Source: Nymphaea colorata (Eukaryota). From it: DNA of 64,000 nucleotides. The first letter of the stretch is position 1, and every line of letters starts with the position of its first letter. Below the pieces are notes generated by a model that saw nothing but the letters and a program-made list of their open reading frames with translations, was not told where the DNA came from and searched no databases. Below are positions 39,671 through 52,809 of the stretch, in pieces. The position numbers and the translations under genes were made by a program. The stretch is taken from positions 21,266,001 through 21,330,000 of the forward strand of contig NC_045138.2 of NCBI RefSeq assembly GCF_008831285.2, written 5' to 3'.

Positions 39671-40064
39671 ATATATTGTGTAACTCTGATGACCGATTTA
39701 TACGTGCATACTCCACTGTCCAGCTTGGGGTCCTATCTCGTTTCACTGAAAAAGGGCAACACATAATTTGTGAGTTCGATAGACCCAATGAACAGTCCAT
39801 AACCAAAAAAATCTTAAATATAAGTAATGTAGTACAATAGTAAGATAGACTTAGGTCATGCAACGAAACAACAGGTAAGCAAGGTTCAACAACCATATAT
39901 ACTTTCAGCTTAGTGCTTATTCTTTTCCTAAATGGTACTTAGCTGTCTTAGATTATTTCAAATTTAAAGAGATATTGTACCAGTAATGAAATTTCTATTT
40001 CTATTCTATAGACGTTCATTTATTTGGTAATCCATAACTAATGACAATTTTACCTCTAGCCTCT

Positions 40065-40295
40065 AGACTCTAAGGAGTGTTAAGAGGTTTAACGTCCATA
40101 TACTTCCAATTTATATACCACAGAGGAATGTTAGGATGTTTACTATGTATTCACTCCCAATTTCAAGACTCCAAAAAGGAGTGTTACGAGGTTTATTATG
40201 AATTCGGTTCAGTTTTTAGACTCCAAGGGAGTATTAAGAAGTGATTCATTTGTTCGTCTTTGATTTATAGACTCTGAAAAAATATTAAAAGACAC
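40065..40295 (+). repeat. Five degenerate ~50-bp units with core AGACTC..GGAGTGTTA.GAGG and divergent tails
   Basis: Cores lie at about 40066, 40118, 40167, 40219 and 40270. Confidence 0.65.
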
Positions 40296-42405
40296 AATGT
40301 ATACTTATAATCATTTTCAATTATTGTTTGAGGTGTGGCTTAGGCTCAGACATCTTAAGACATTTTATTAACTAACAAATCAAACAATAGTTACATATTG
40401 TTTAGGTCATATTCATGGAATAGTTACATATTGTTCCGTTCGCCAAACAGGCCCAATCCTCATGGAAGTGGTTACTGCCCAGTCAGATAAGACATCCAAG
40501 AAGCACAAGAGATCCTATTGCTATCCCATATGAATGTTCACTAAGGCTGAACGATGCTTCTAGTTATGATATGTTCATCCGCCCAGCGGAGCTGATTAGC
40601 ATTCACCATCATTTGATTGGAAATATAACCACCTCCTTGAGCATAGGAAGCACACCCATAATTTCCTAAGGAGATCTAGTAATGAAATGGCTTACTTTCA
40701 TGTTCAGCCATGGCTTTGTAAGATGAAGACATTTTGCATGATCCAGTTGCACTAGTGGTTGATCTCACCACGTATACGTGCAGTAATGGACTTTCCCATT
40801 TATGATTTTCCGTTGTACCAGTGACTTGATTGATGACCAAGCCCACACTATATCCTTCCAGTAGTAGTAGCCATTCTGAAAATATGATGTGGTCCATTAA
40901 GACATCCAGATTCTACTTGACTTTGGGCTTTCTAATATTCTACTCAACTAAAGTGGAGGTCCAAGATATTTGGTGGGTAGCATGCCAGCCTTCCAAATTT
41001 AAATCTCGATGGCATTCACACGGTATAGGTTCTTCACAATATAAGTATATTCTTGAGCTTCTTTGAAAGGCTAATGTGGATGAAGTGAAACCAGCCCACA
41101 AACACGTGTTTAGGCTCAAGAAGTCTTGGCCAAAGCTCTACGCCGTCTTAATTACAACCCAGCAAATATAGAAGCATACTTGGCCCATTGCAATATTATC
41201 TCTCTCTTACCATACTACATCTAGCATGTTTAGTGAATGAGTTTTTAATACGAAATCTGTCTCAAAAGCATGAGATTGCGGTAAAACACATACTTCTGTA
41301 TGTTAAGGGATTAATGCTACACTTCGTCCTTCTCATTTGGCCATCTACAAACTTTTTCTTAATGTTTTTTCTAACTGTTAACGGGCACTGAAAATAGGAA
41401 ACAATAGGTGGCAATAACTTTTTTTAAAACCCAATATCTTATATTAGAACTTTTAGAAGAAAACCATCATACTTTTTAAACCTATTACCTTACCTTAGAA
41501 CTTTAAGAAACAAAAGACTGTTGCCCTTAACTATAAGTTGAGAAAAAATATGTCACAACCATTTAAATGGACTAGATCCAATATCTCTTAGAAAAATTGG
41601 GACACAATCTCAAATCGCTTCTACCAATAGTCTGACAATTATGTGGGCAGGCTCATCTCATGTGCCATAGCCTCAACAAACATAAAGAAGAAGATGCTCA
41701 CTTTATTTGACACAGAATTGCCAAATAACCTCCGGTTCAGAGGTGTCCCACCTTCAGAAATGTTAAGAGGTGAAGGAGAAGAGAGATAAGGAGTTCCAAA
41801 GCAGCTAAGGTTAGTAGCACGCAGGCAATCTTTGTTTTAGTTTTAAATTAACTACATGTCAACTCTATGTGCTACAAACTAGGCGCGGGGTAGAACTGGG
41901 CGCAGCAAGGATACAACTCCAACCTTTACTCAGGTAGCACTGGGAGCCGCATGGGTAGGCACTACAACACACTTCAGCCGGGGTGGCGGGTCTCCGTATC
42001 GTGATACTTGGTGCCTGACAAACGCAGGTGAACCGCCGCCGGAGAGGGGGAGAAGTAGGCAGGCAGAGACAGTAGTTGATATTACCGTATTGATGATGAC
42101 AATGGAATCTTTCCAACAATTTTGCTGCGACTGCTAAAACCGTTTTTCCATTTCTTCAGAAGTAACAAAAGAAAATTACAGAACGGACTTTTTTTTTTAC
42201 AGAAAAAGACAACGAGAAAGGAAAAGAAACTCAGTGAAGGATAGGACCCGTCTTTCATACATGCAAATTAAAAACATGAAAGTAAAAGGAAGAACAAAAA
42301 AGAAAAACCGCAAGGGAAAAAGAACGCTTAGGAAGAAAAAGAAAAAGAAAGGGACATTACGAAGCCGGACGTTTCTCCTGATATGGCAGAGAGCTACATG
42401 CACTT

Positions 42406-43995
42406 TTACACAATTATTAAAGCCTGCCGTTCCATGTCATCACCACCACCATCATCAAGAGCACTATCAAGATCATCGTCCGCCGCTGCGACGGTGGCGC
42501 CGCGGCGGCAGGGCATCTCCATGCTGGTAAGCTTCCTGGCTCTCTTGGCCTCCTCCGTCCAGTCGGTCCTCTGCACCACCATGAGCACGCACGCCACGCA
42601 CGCCACCTGGGCCGCGAGAAGCCCGCACCACAGCCCCTTGAAACCGACGCCGCACCAGAAGGCCAACCCCACCGCCACCGGCATCCCCAGGAGGTAGAAG
42701 GCCAGAAGGTTGATCCTCGCGCCCACCGAGGGCCTGGCCGTCCCCCTGAGCACCCCGCACCCCGTTGTCTGAGGGCAATTTCCCAGCTCACACGCCCCGA
42801 TCAGTGGCAGTACCGAACACGCAAGCGCCACAACCGCCTCGTCGTCGGAGAAGAACCTCACCCACCTCTCCCGGACAGCCACCGTCCACGCCAAGTTCAC
42901 CACCCCGGCGGCCGCAGCACAGCCGAGCGCCACCATCGTCGCCATCTTCGCCCTGCATGGCCGCCCCGCTCCGAGCTCGTTCCCCACCCGCGTTGACACA
43001 CAGGCACCCAGCGCCATGGGCAGCGTGTACATCAAGCTTGTTGTCTGTATAACGATGGACGTCGTGGCCACCGCCACCTCCGGCTCCGGCAGGTAACCGG
43101 CAACCAGCGTGATAAGCTCGTACCACCACCATTCCAAGCATATACCCAGGCAGCTCGGCAGCGCCAGCTTGAGAAGTGGGCACCACTGGCGGACATCGAA
43201 CGCCGCCAGAGACCACCCTGTCCAGGCCACCTTTCGGCCGCCAGCGAAGAAGAGGTAAGCACTGAGGCCGAAGGCCATATTGAAGTTGGTGAGGACCGAG
43301 GCGGCGGCCACGCCAGGGACGCCGAGCTTGAAGACGAAGAGAAAGAGGAGGTTCAGGGGAATGTGAAGAAGGACAGCAACGCCGGAGCAGACCATAAGCG
43401 GCGTGGTAATCTTCTGGGAGCGGAGGTAGACGCGGAGGGGCTGGAAGACGGAGTTGGTGAGGAGGTCGGGGAGCGAACAGAGGGCGTAGGTGGCAGCGAC
43501 GGCGGTGATGGCGGAGTCCTGGCCGAGGGCGGTGAGAAGGCGACCAAGGTTCAGCCAGAGTATGCTGATGGGCAATGCAGCGGTCAGAAGGATGAGGATG
43601 GTACGCTGCAGGGAGAGGGAGATTAGATCCCAATTCTTGGAGCCGAAGGCCTGGCTGCAGATGGGCTCCATCCCAGAGGCCAAGCCAAAGAGGATGGAGT
43701 AGCCGGTGATGTTGGTGAAGCCGACGGACAGGGCTCCCCCGGAGAGCTCCAGGCTGCCCAGCCGGCCAAGGCATGCAACAGATATGGTCGACCGGGCGAA
43801 CACAGCGAAGTTAAGCAGAGCTATGGGCGTCACCATCCTCCACAGCTCCCTCATCTCCTCCGCCACCAGCCGGAGAAGCTCCCCGTCGGGGTCGGAGAAG
43901 AAAAGCAGCATGATCCCCACGAGACGGTGAAGAAGTGAAGTGCTGCCACCACCGTCTCCGCACCCTGGCCCACCGGGCAGGTCCTGTACAGCCAT
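42406..43995 (-). CDS. MATE efflux family transporter (protein DETOXIFICATION, DTX54/BIGE1-like), intronless, 529 aa
   Basis: A single ATG-to-stop ORF with many hydrophobic segments. MATE signatures include LGRLGSLEL.GGALS.GFTNITGYS...GLASGMEPICSQAFGSKNWDL, LALPSCLGICLEWWWYE, CVSTRVGNELGAGRP and CELGNCPQTTGCGVLRGTARP. Lack of introns is typical of the DTX48-56 clade; the DTX54 assignment rests on recalled motifs. Confidence 0.95.
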   Translation of the reverse strand: MAVQDLPGGPGCGDGGGSTSLLHRLVGIMLLFFSDPDGELLRLVAEEMRELWRMVTPIALLNFAVFARSTISVACLGRLGSLELSGGALSVGFTNITGYSILFGLASGMEPICSQAFGSKNWDLISLSLQRTILILLTAALPISILWLNLGRLLTALGQDSAITAVAATYALCSLPDLLTNSVFQPLRVYLRSQKITTPLMVCSGVAVLLHIPLNLLFLFVFKLGVPGVAAASVLTNFNMAFGLSAYLFFAGGRKVAWTGWSLAAFDVRQWCPLLKLALPSCLGICLEWWWYELITLVAGYLPEPEVAVATTSIVIQTTSLMYTLPMALGACVSTRVGNELGAGRPCRAKMATMVALGCAAAAGVVNLAWTVAVRERWVRFFSDDEAVVALACSVLPLIGACELGNCPQTTGCGVLRGTARPSVGARINLLAFYLLGMPVAVGLAFWCGVGFKGLWCGLLAAQVACVACVLMVVQRTDWTEEAKRARKLTSMEMPCRRGATVAAADDDLDSALDDGGGDDMERQALIIV

Positions 43996-44540
43996 CTACA
44001 GAAGGAAGTTGATGAAGAGATTTGGCAGTATAGGCTCGAGAGCAGAAGACAAAAATTAGATGGGTAACCTAGACAGGTAAGGTGGAGGGACTTTTCTAAG
44101 ACACCATCAGCTAGAAAGAGAAGAAAATACAGAAAACTCGGATGGTTGGCACAGTTTGGAGCGAACAAGTAGAGAAGAAGAAGAAGAAGAAGAAGCTGAG
44201 AGGAATCGGAGGAAAAGAACGCAGATACAACATAGAGGTTGGGGGGGTGGTAAAAGGAAAGCACAAAGAGTAGATGGGTGTTTCCTGATAGGCTTCTCCC
44301 CTTTCCTCTTATATTATCAAGAAGCAAGAAAGACAAGCAGAAAGAAGCAGGACATGGTGTTTTTTTGCACCCTTCTGTGTTAGCTTCCTTTCTTTAAAAA
44401 GGAAAGGGGGAAAAATCTTGGTCGGGAGGGTGGTGGGGGAGAGCAGGAACTTCAGTGGAGCAAGATAAGAGAATCTCGAGACATGGAGAGAGGAATGGCA
44501 AGGGGAGCATCAACTAAAGCGAAACACCTGCGTGTTGGGG

Positions 44541-44550
44541 TTTAAATAGG
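44541..44550 (-). promoter_or_regulatory. Candidate TATA box (CCTATTTAAA) upstream of the MATE gene
   Basis: A TATA-like motif ~550 bp upstream of the ATG, followed on the minus strand by pyrimidine-rich leader sequence. There is no transcript evidence. Confidence 0.3.
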
Positions 44551-46762
44551 GTTTTAGAAGAAGCTAGAGATGATGATGGTGGTGGCAGTTAACCATGGTT
44601 ACTGAGCGACCCAATCCCGCTGTGGTGTGGGGCTTTAATAGGGCTTTAGAAGAAGTTAGAGATGACGATGGTGGTGAGAAAACAAGGCTCCCTCTCTCTC
44701 ATTTCTCCTTAGTTTGGACTTGGTCTGTGGGAGACATCCGATAAAATCGGAGTTGTCTTGAGAAGAAGGTCATAGTTGTAAAGGTTTATAAACTTAACTA
44801 TAGTTAATTATCACACGGTCTCTCCCCCTCTGGATTTCTCCGTTCTGTTCCCTTCTTAAGGCCTTTCTTTTTTCCTCGGAGAAGGGCCTTCCGGTAAAGT
44901 TGTAAACAACGCCGCCGCTGCCACTGTGCCTCGAACGAAGGACACAGGGCTACTGGCGGCGGAGGACGCCGTCAAACTGCGTCGCTCCACACGTGCAGAT
45001 GGCACTTCTTCGCACAAGAGAAAGCCAGGGGAGCCGCTGACACTAGTCACGTGGTGCACTTCCATACTAGGGCGTCCGTCTCAATCTCTACCACGAAAAT
45101 CTTCGTTTTTCTTTAGTTTTTCTTTTACTTTTTTTTTTTGCTTTCCTTTCACTGTCAATTTCAAAGTTTCCAAGTCTCAACATTGTGACCATTGGGGTCA
45201 CAGATTCGCCCAAAACGGAGAGAGTTTTATTTATGAAATTAAGAAGAAATGGAAGTGAAAACCTTCAACGTATGATGCTTTTATTATGGTTGTTGGTACT
45301 TCACTACCATTCGGTCCGTTCCTTTCTGCTAAAAGGCAAGCATTAGAAGTGAAAGGGAAGTAATGGGTTGTGGAGAGTTTTGGCTGTCGTGGTGCTGTAG
45401 TGCAATTGCATGATATTTATTGGAGATTTGAGTCGATCCCACTCTTTCTGCTTGAGCATGTTGTTTCCCTCCAAAGGTGGAGCGGTGTATCGAAAGAGAG
45501 CAGCATGTCCATGTACTCACTCCCCTGGTGGGGGCTCAAAATCGTTATATGGCAGGTTTTGGATGAGCACGCCTAAAAGGAGAAGAGAGATGGGGGAGTC
45601 GTCTCTGGTGTCCTGACGACTTAGGTCCATCTCCCTTGGTGGGGGCTCCCTTAAACCTTTGGATATTGCAGTGCAACCCTCTTCCTCCCTTTAGTGGTAG
45701 GTCCACTGCACTTAATCGTAAGTCCATTATTTCAGAGGAAGCTTCTTGCTTTGGTGAGTTAGGTCATCTAACTCTCTCTCTCTCTCTCTCTTCATCTTTT
45801 AAAAATGAAGCAAGCCACATAGGTCTGGATCATAAGGATCCATTTGGTAATGATATGTTACTGTCCCATGAACATGCCCAAAGGACCTGTTTGACAATAA
45901 TATCAAATTGATGTTACGAACCTGCTCAAAAATTGGAATAGATTCATTGAACATTGTGTTAAATTCACAATTGGTATATAGTATATGAATGTATCCAAAC
46001 TTTTGGATAGGTTCATGGGACAGTTGTTAAACGGCCCTTCAATCTTACATGATATTGTACTGGATATATTTATGTAAAGTGTTGTCGTTGAATCCCACTT
46101 GAGGTTTATGTCTTTAAAGCATAAGACCACTTAGTGGTATGATCCTTAAATAACTTTGCATTTATATAATTTTTAAAAAGGGAAAAGTTGCATGAACAAT
46201 GAAAATGCGAGTGAAATAGATAAAATTCTAATTGGAATCAATGGTGGGCGGATGCCCTCTCCACGACCATGATCCGACTCTTCAGTTTGAAGCCAACAAT
46301 GTCGGTCGACCCTTTCTTTTTCTATGCAATTATTTGAAGCGAATCACAAGAGACGATGAGAGAATATATACATCCTTTTTTTTTTATTTCGCAATGATTT
46401 CAATAGAACCAGGACCATGCTGTTTTAGTTGCTGATATAGTGCAAGCGAAACTATTTGTGATCCTAAATTGGAAAAGCTTATATTCCATGAAAGGTCTAG
46501 GTGTTGCCATCGACATGATTTCTACAATAATCCCAGCCGCAGGTAAGAAGTGTTCCCTTATTTTAGGACACTGCTGTGACATCCTCAAGATTTTTACCTG
46601 CCCAACTCGAAGAGCCTTAAGTCTTAAGGGGCATGGCTCAAATAAATGGATCATTTCAGGTGCGTTGGAGGCGGCTACGCTCGTGTACCATAAGGAGGAT
46701 GAGTTTTATTAGTTAAAATATAAAGATCTCGCTAGCTATCAACGCGTCTATAGACTCTGAAG

Positions 46763-46844
46763 GTAAGAGTGACAGAGGGAGCCTTAGCTTCACCCAAGTG
46801 GTGTAAGAGTGACAGAGGGAGCCTTAGCTTCACCCAAGTGGTGT
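46763..46844. repeat. Perfect 40-bp tandem duplication
   Basis: GTAAGAGTGACAGAGGGAGCCTTAGCTTCACCCAAGTGGT occurs twice in tandem. Confidence 0.95.
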
Positions 46845-47248
46845 GACAACTCTGCTCACCCAAAACCGGGAGAGTTTTAGGCTTTGTTCTAGCCGCATCC
46901 ACCCAATTTCACGTCAAAAATTGTTTTCATACCCAAAAAAGAGCAGCAACTAAGATATGCAGCGTGCCAAGTATGTCTGCAGCAATCTATTTAACAGACA
47001 TGCTGCCAAGCATGTCTGCAGCAATCCATTTAACAGACATACTTCTCACGTATATCTGTCTGCCAAGATGTGTTACATTTGCACCTGTCTTGGTGCTTAC
47101 AATTAGCAGACTTTCCATAGAGTCAAATCTCCATATGTTGCTTAGAATATGAAAAAGAAACTGCCTACCATCACAAGAAAACTTTGATTATTTTCAAATT
47201 CAGGAGATGCTCTTTAGGCGTGCACCGCCACTAGACTGCAATCTTAGC

Positions 47249-47280
<32 letters not shown>

Positions 47281-49133
47281 GAGCTATGCATTGAATACTA
47301 CCCACTGCAGGAAAGGATGTGCCTAACTTGCTGTAATCAATGGAAAACAGTGAGTTTTCTATCAGACTGTGAATTGCTCGACAGATCTTTCAATCAGTCT
47401 TCTATGTGGCCCGTACAATCTGTCTTCCAGGTTGTGCACTACACTTACCAACACCTGGAAGAGTCACTTCACCCACTAACTCGTGTAGTTTCTTTCAATT
47501 AAAATATGAGATTACAGGAACCAACAAACTAAGATCTAATTCCTTTATTTCGTTGTGCCTTTTCTTTTCCTTTTCCTTCAAAAGCAAGGTGGCTTTTGAG
47601 ACGGGAACCAAACCAAAAGCCACCTTCAAGGTACAAGCACCCGGGCAGTGAGAGAAGAGAGTAGAAGACAGAGGGAGGTGTGGCTGGTGCACAGCATCTA
47701 AAATAAAGCTAATATTTTAGTAGTTTGAGAAAAGAATGCAGTGCAACAACCCGTATTCGACATCAGAAGTCCCATCACAGGCCACATCTGCAATCCATTT
47801 CTTTTAACTTTGTGAAATTATTAAGGGAAAGAAACTGTTGCCTTTGTGGCATTCACTGAGAGCTCGAAAAGCTGTTCATGCGCGCGCACACGCATGCACG
47901 CACTCGCTTTCATACACACGAGCACGCAATATTTAAAGCTTCTGTAAAGCGTATTCCCAAAAATCCTTACAGTATCATTGTCTCACAAAATGATACTAAG
48001 ATCCATACTTGAAAAGCAAAATCTGTGGAGCATCACTTTATCTCCGACGAGGGAAGCAACAACAGGTTTCTAGTTTTTCTGTATATGATGCTCGCAGGGA
48101 ACCAGAAAAATCAGAGTGCGGTCACCGGACAGGTGGAAGTTTCAGCCAGCGTAGCTGCCTGATAGGAGTGAAATATTGATGAAAATTTTTCACCACTTCG
48201 CAAGGAGGGGAGACACCTTGGAGAGACCGAAGCTCTTCAGTCTTTTCTCATATTCTTGAGGTGTAGGGTGGTTTTGAGACTTGAATAGAAATAGAACACC
48301 CGTTAACACTCTAGAAAAGTTTGTCTAATTTTTTTTCCCCAGAATATGAAACACCTCATAAGACACGTTTGGCAAACTAAACAATTTCATAAATCAACCC
48401 TAACAGTTCATACAGATTTATAGAACCTTTAACCAAATTTTATAAGTCAACTAAAATCTTTAGGTAATATTCATGAAGCAGCAGTAAGCCAAATGGACCG
48501 ATGAAGAAAAGTGACAAGCAAAGTACCCAAAACCATTGAAATTTGATGCGGGATCTTATAAAGAGACCTGACAAGTTCTGGGTTTTATCAGAATTTCAAA
48601 TTGAGATGAGCAGACATGACCAGCGAACAAAATCTCAAGTGATTTGCCACTTGGGGTAGGAGTACTTCATGTTCATTACAAAAAAAAAAAGGGAGATGAT
48701 GGTATAAATGTACTCCAAGTATCAAACTCTTGACCTTCCTTTCTTTGAAGGTCACAAGTTCAAACCCCGAACTAGGTGGACCTGCAAGCTCTCTTCCATT
48801 ACAGAGCTTGTTGGTACTATTTTTAGGCAAGCGTAACAAAAGTGTGGCTGAGATTGGAGGCATGGACATAACCAAACAAGTGGGTGTGAGTGAGTTTGGC
48901 ATCCTGATGTCTAAACAAAGCTAATCTCAATGTAGTAATTAAGATTGATGGAATCAACGTAACTCAATGCAATTGAGAATGAAATGATGGAATAGAGCTT
49001 TAAAAGAAGAACAAATTCAGCCAGGCTATTAAGTACATGTCACTACTTCACAGTATAGTGCTATATTAGTCCCCTCAACCTTATTTTTTATTCTTTTCTA
49101 TGTAGAAGAATTCACTCCATAAAATGCAATTGA

Positions 49134-49136
<3 letters not shown>

Positions 49137-49205
<69 letters not shown>
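49137..49205. repeat. (TA)n microsatellite
   Basis: About 34 perfect TA units. Confidence 0.95.
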
Positions 49206-49208
<3 letters not shown>

Positions 49209-50621
49209 ATGAGGAAGGGCAAGGCCGTGCATGGGACATGAACCCACGAGTCAGTCATCTAAAAACTGTTCGGACCCACCAATTATCATGAAAGCAGAAT
49301 GTGGAAAATTACACGTGCACTTACACAAACGGGATGTGGAGTCAGGAATATCCTGACTCAGCTTGCCCCCAGGCTTTGAACAAGCATTTTTCATGAGCTA
49401 AGCCCTAGAAGACTGTTTGAGCAGTTTGGCCCATTTACCATCACTCTCATGCAATTGCAGAAAAAGGAGGAGACACCAGTACTTAATTAGTGTTCTAAGC
49501 AACAGGTAACATTTGAATTCAAAGGAAGATCTTTGGAGTGGAACCGATGCTTTGGGAGTTGGAGCACATATCTCCAAAGAACCACAGGCTACTAATAAAA
49601 TAAGATGGGAAAAGGTGGGTGGAGGAATATGTTGAAGCTGTTCCTATGGCCACTGAGAATGCTATTAAGTTAGTTTTTCAATGGCCATACTGTATCATGG
49701 AAAATGATTGCATGATAGCCTAATCATTTTGGTGAAGAATGTCTTGTCCTTTCCTACAAACACATGCATAAGAATGACACAACATTTTATAGAATTATTG
49801 TGCATACAGGTGCGTCTATACATGCAGGGAGCAGAGCCTCAATTTTTTTGTCACAGGAACTAAGCCATAATTTCAAAATTTTAACAAAAGCCAAAACATA
49901 ATTTTTCAGAATTTTTGTAAGTAAAAAGTTTGAACTAAAATTTTTTAAGTAAAAGTTTGATTTAAAAAAAAAAAAAATCCGAGAGGGGTCATAGCCGATA
50001 TAATATAATATTTATAAGTAAAAGTCTAATTTTTGTGCAGTCACAGTAAGATCTTCAAATTCAACAGTACTTGAGGACCTTTCACATTGAAAGCAGATGT
50101 AATAAAATATAGACAATATATGCCTCTTAGACTGACAGATCCAACACAGCCAAAGAGACTTGGTAGACAACCCTGAATTGACAGGTTCAACACATCCAAT
50201 GTTTTGAAAAGAATCGATTGGTAACTCAGTTATCGACAAGAAAGGAGAATGCCATTGCATTGTAATCGGATAATTTCTTATAATACCTGGAAGTACGCTT
50301 AAATCAAAGGGCAATAGTCAACGTAACAATTGGACAAATTTTCCATAAAAGAGAACATTTAGTGAATGAATTAACAATCTAACTATCACCAATTAACATT
50401 TTAAAAAACTTAAATTGACATGCATCAATTAGTAGACTGTCATCTGATGATATTAATCTGACAATACGTTTTTGATTATATAGAGATCAAATTCTCCTTC
50501 ACTGCTTGGAAGCTCACAGTTTGACAAAAGGTCACTACTTTGTCTTCATGGGCGAGAAGCCGAAGAGGGTCACACCACTAACTAGGCCGGGGCATCAGTG
50601 AAAGTGAAGTGGCATGTGATG

Positions 50622-50786
50622 CAGGGGCAGAGCCAGTGGACCTTAAAAAAATGATAAATCATTTACATGTAAATTAAAAAAAAAAATTTTCTTATATAAA
50701 GATTTTAAAAAATTATATCTCAGCTCCTTCAAAATTTTGAAACTATAATTAGGCTCCTCAATGAAAAAATTATGGCTGGACCCTTG
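50622..50786. mobile_element. 165-bp hAT-type MITE (older copy)
   Basis: Termini CAGGGGCAGAGCCA / TGGCTGGACCCTTG. The flanks ATGTGATG and ACGTAATG look like an 8-bp TSD carrying two transitions. Confidence 0.65.
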
Positions 50787-50837
50787 ACGTAATGTTTGGA
50801 CATAGAATTGAGTCAAAGCAAGGTGCATTTAATTTGA

Positions 50838-51081
50838 CAGTAGTGGTGACAATTGCTTTCATTACTGACTAGAATGAACCCAAATTTTCCTTTATGTGCA
50901 GTGGTGGTGACAATTGCATTCATTACTGACTAGAATGAACCCAAATTTTCCTTTATGTGCAGTAGTGGTGACAATTGCTTTCATTACTGACTAGAATGAA
51001 CCCAAATTTTCCTTTATGTGCAGTAGTGGTGACAATTGCTTTCATTACTGACTAGAATGAACCCAAATTTTCCTTTTTGTG
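50838..51081. repeat. Tandem array, 4 x 61 bp
   Basis: The unit CAGTAGTGGTGACAATTGCTTTCATTACTGACTAGAATGAACCCAAATTTTCCTTTATGTG starts at 50838, 50899, 50960 and 51021. Confidence 0.95.
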
Positions 51082-51338
51082 TTCCAACTGGCTATGGATA
51101 TTTCACATGGTCAAATATTTGTACAAACACAAAAGAGTTATATATATATATATATATGAGAATTTTTCCATCCAAACCTTTTATGTCATATATATACCTT
51201 TTTACAGCGCTTGATTGGACGGAGCTCAAGATAGCCCGGACGAAGTATTAGGTAGTGTGTTTAATAACAGCCACATCATGCTATATATTGATATACTGGG
51301 TGGCCTTGATTGGATGGAGCTCAACATAGCCAAATGAC

Positions 51339-51384
<46 letters not shown>

Positions 51385-52809
51385 TATATATATATATAAG
51401 AGAGAGAGAATTTTATGAAGTTGTGTGTCAAATAACTAAAAATAAAAAGAATGTCGCTAAGGCATCATGAATCATTGCTTAAAACAGTATTAGTAGCTGC
51501 AAGCCACAGTAGAGCACTTATTGGGACTAGTGCAAGAATTGCGCCCAGGATGTCAAAGTAACATAACCCAAAATCTAATGGAAAGAAGATATCTACGATG
51601 GCCAACAATGATGATCATCTCCAAATGGCAAGCGCTTTTGAAAAAAAAAAAAAAAAAGCTGAAGACAGTTGAAAAGAAATAAGGACTGAAATGTTGTTGC
51701 AACGTAGAGCCAATGCCACTCTCCATGCATTTAGATCAGAAGCTATCTTCCAGAGCGCGTTTGCATTCTTGGAGGGATTGTCGTGAAAAGACGCCAAAAT
51801 CTTTCACCCCACTCATTGCTATGAACGAAAGACTAGAAACACCAATGATTAGGGAAAGGTGTGGGAAAATGCTTTCACAAACGGGGAGGTAGCTGGAAGA
51901 TGACATGAGCCATAGCAGACAAAAATTAAGAACCATTTTCAGCGAGACAGAGAAAGAGAAGACAGACAGACAGACAGATTTGCAGGTTAGGTCATCCTTC
52001 ATGCGTCGTATAATGCACATCAAAATAATCAAAGGTGCTCCAAATCATGAGAGAATAGTTTAAAAATCGCACTGAATTACTTCCAAACTATCTCCAAAGA
52101 TGGAAGGAATAAAAGATGACATGCTAAAAATTTGACTTGACACTAACTCGCACCTCTGAAATGCATTTTATGGTCCTGGAAGTTTCTTTACCAGTGAGTT
52201 GGCACCCAAACCACACGAAATGCACTTCTCTGATTGAAAAAGACATGCTGCTTCTTATGGTTACACACCATCCACCACAGAGAACAGTTGCAAAACAAAG
52301 ACGACCAATAAAACTGAAAAGAAAGAACAGGTGACAGGTTGTTTATTTGGAAATACACTTTCAACCCAGTTCTTTCAACGATAAAAAAGTGATTTTTGTT
52401 TTCTGAGAAACGTTGCATGTGGACCACTAAGTTTTGTGCTCTTACAAATCCCGCCTAATCATCTCGATCCCACAAGTAGAAGATGTCCCTTATATAGAAA
52501 TTGTATAAATTAAACCATAGTATTTCATCCACAGAATGTTTGGAGAAATATCAGTTCAAAAATCAATGGGCCTACAGACAGTGCACGACTGTAGCCAACA
52601 GTTTTCCACTATCAACCACAATCGGTATCATTCCCTCCGTCCCTTTCAGAAAGTCAGAAGTAATTCTTACTTCCACTTGTAAAGTGTACAAAGCCTTACA
52701 AGTTTTAATCAATCGACAAACAAACAGAAGATCTTCAAATTACATAATAAAAGGTTGCATCATATAAGTCAAACATTTATCACTTTCTGCATCTTTTTCC
52801 TTGAGCTGT

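Noticed and set aside
40400..41400. Further Copia-like fragments on both strands
   Set aside because: Traces are visible (e.g. GPLQY.LSLT..., AVKHILLYVKG), but they are too eroded to delimit reliably.
42788..43774. 328-aa alternative-frame ORF and several antisense ORFs over the MATE gene
   Set aside because: These are expected shadows of a very GC-rich CDS. They are Arg/Pro/Gly-rich with no domain motifs.
43851..44336. 161-aa overlapping upstream ORF of the MATE gene
   Set aside because: It starts at TTG and translates CT/CTT-rich leader sequence.
49820..49840. Partial resemblance to miR160 on the reverse strand
   Set aside because: It matches the CAGGG(G/A)GC.GAGCC MITE terminus and has no hairpin partner.
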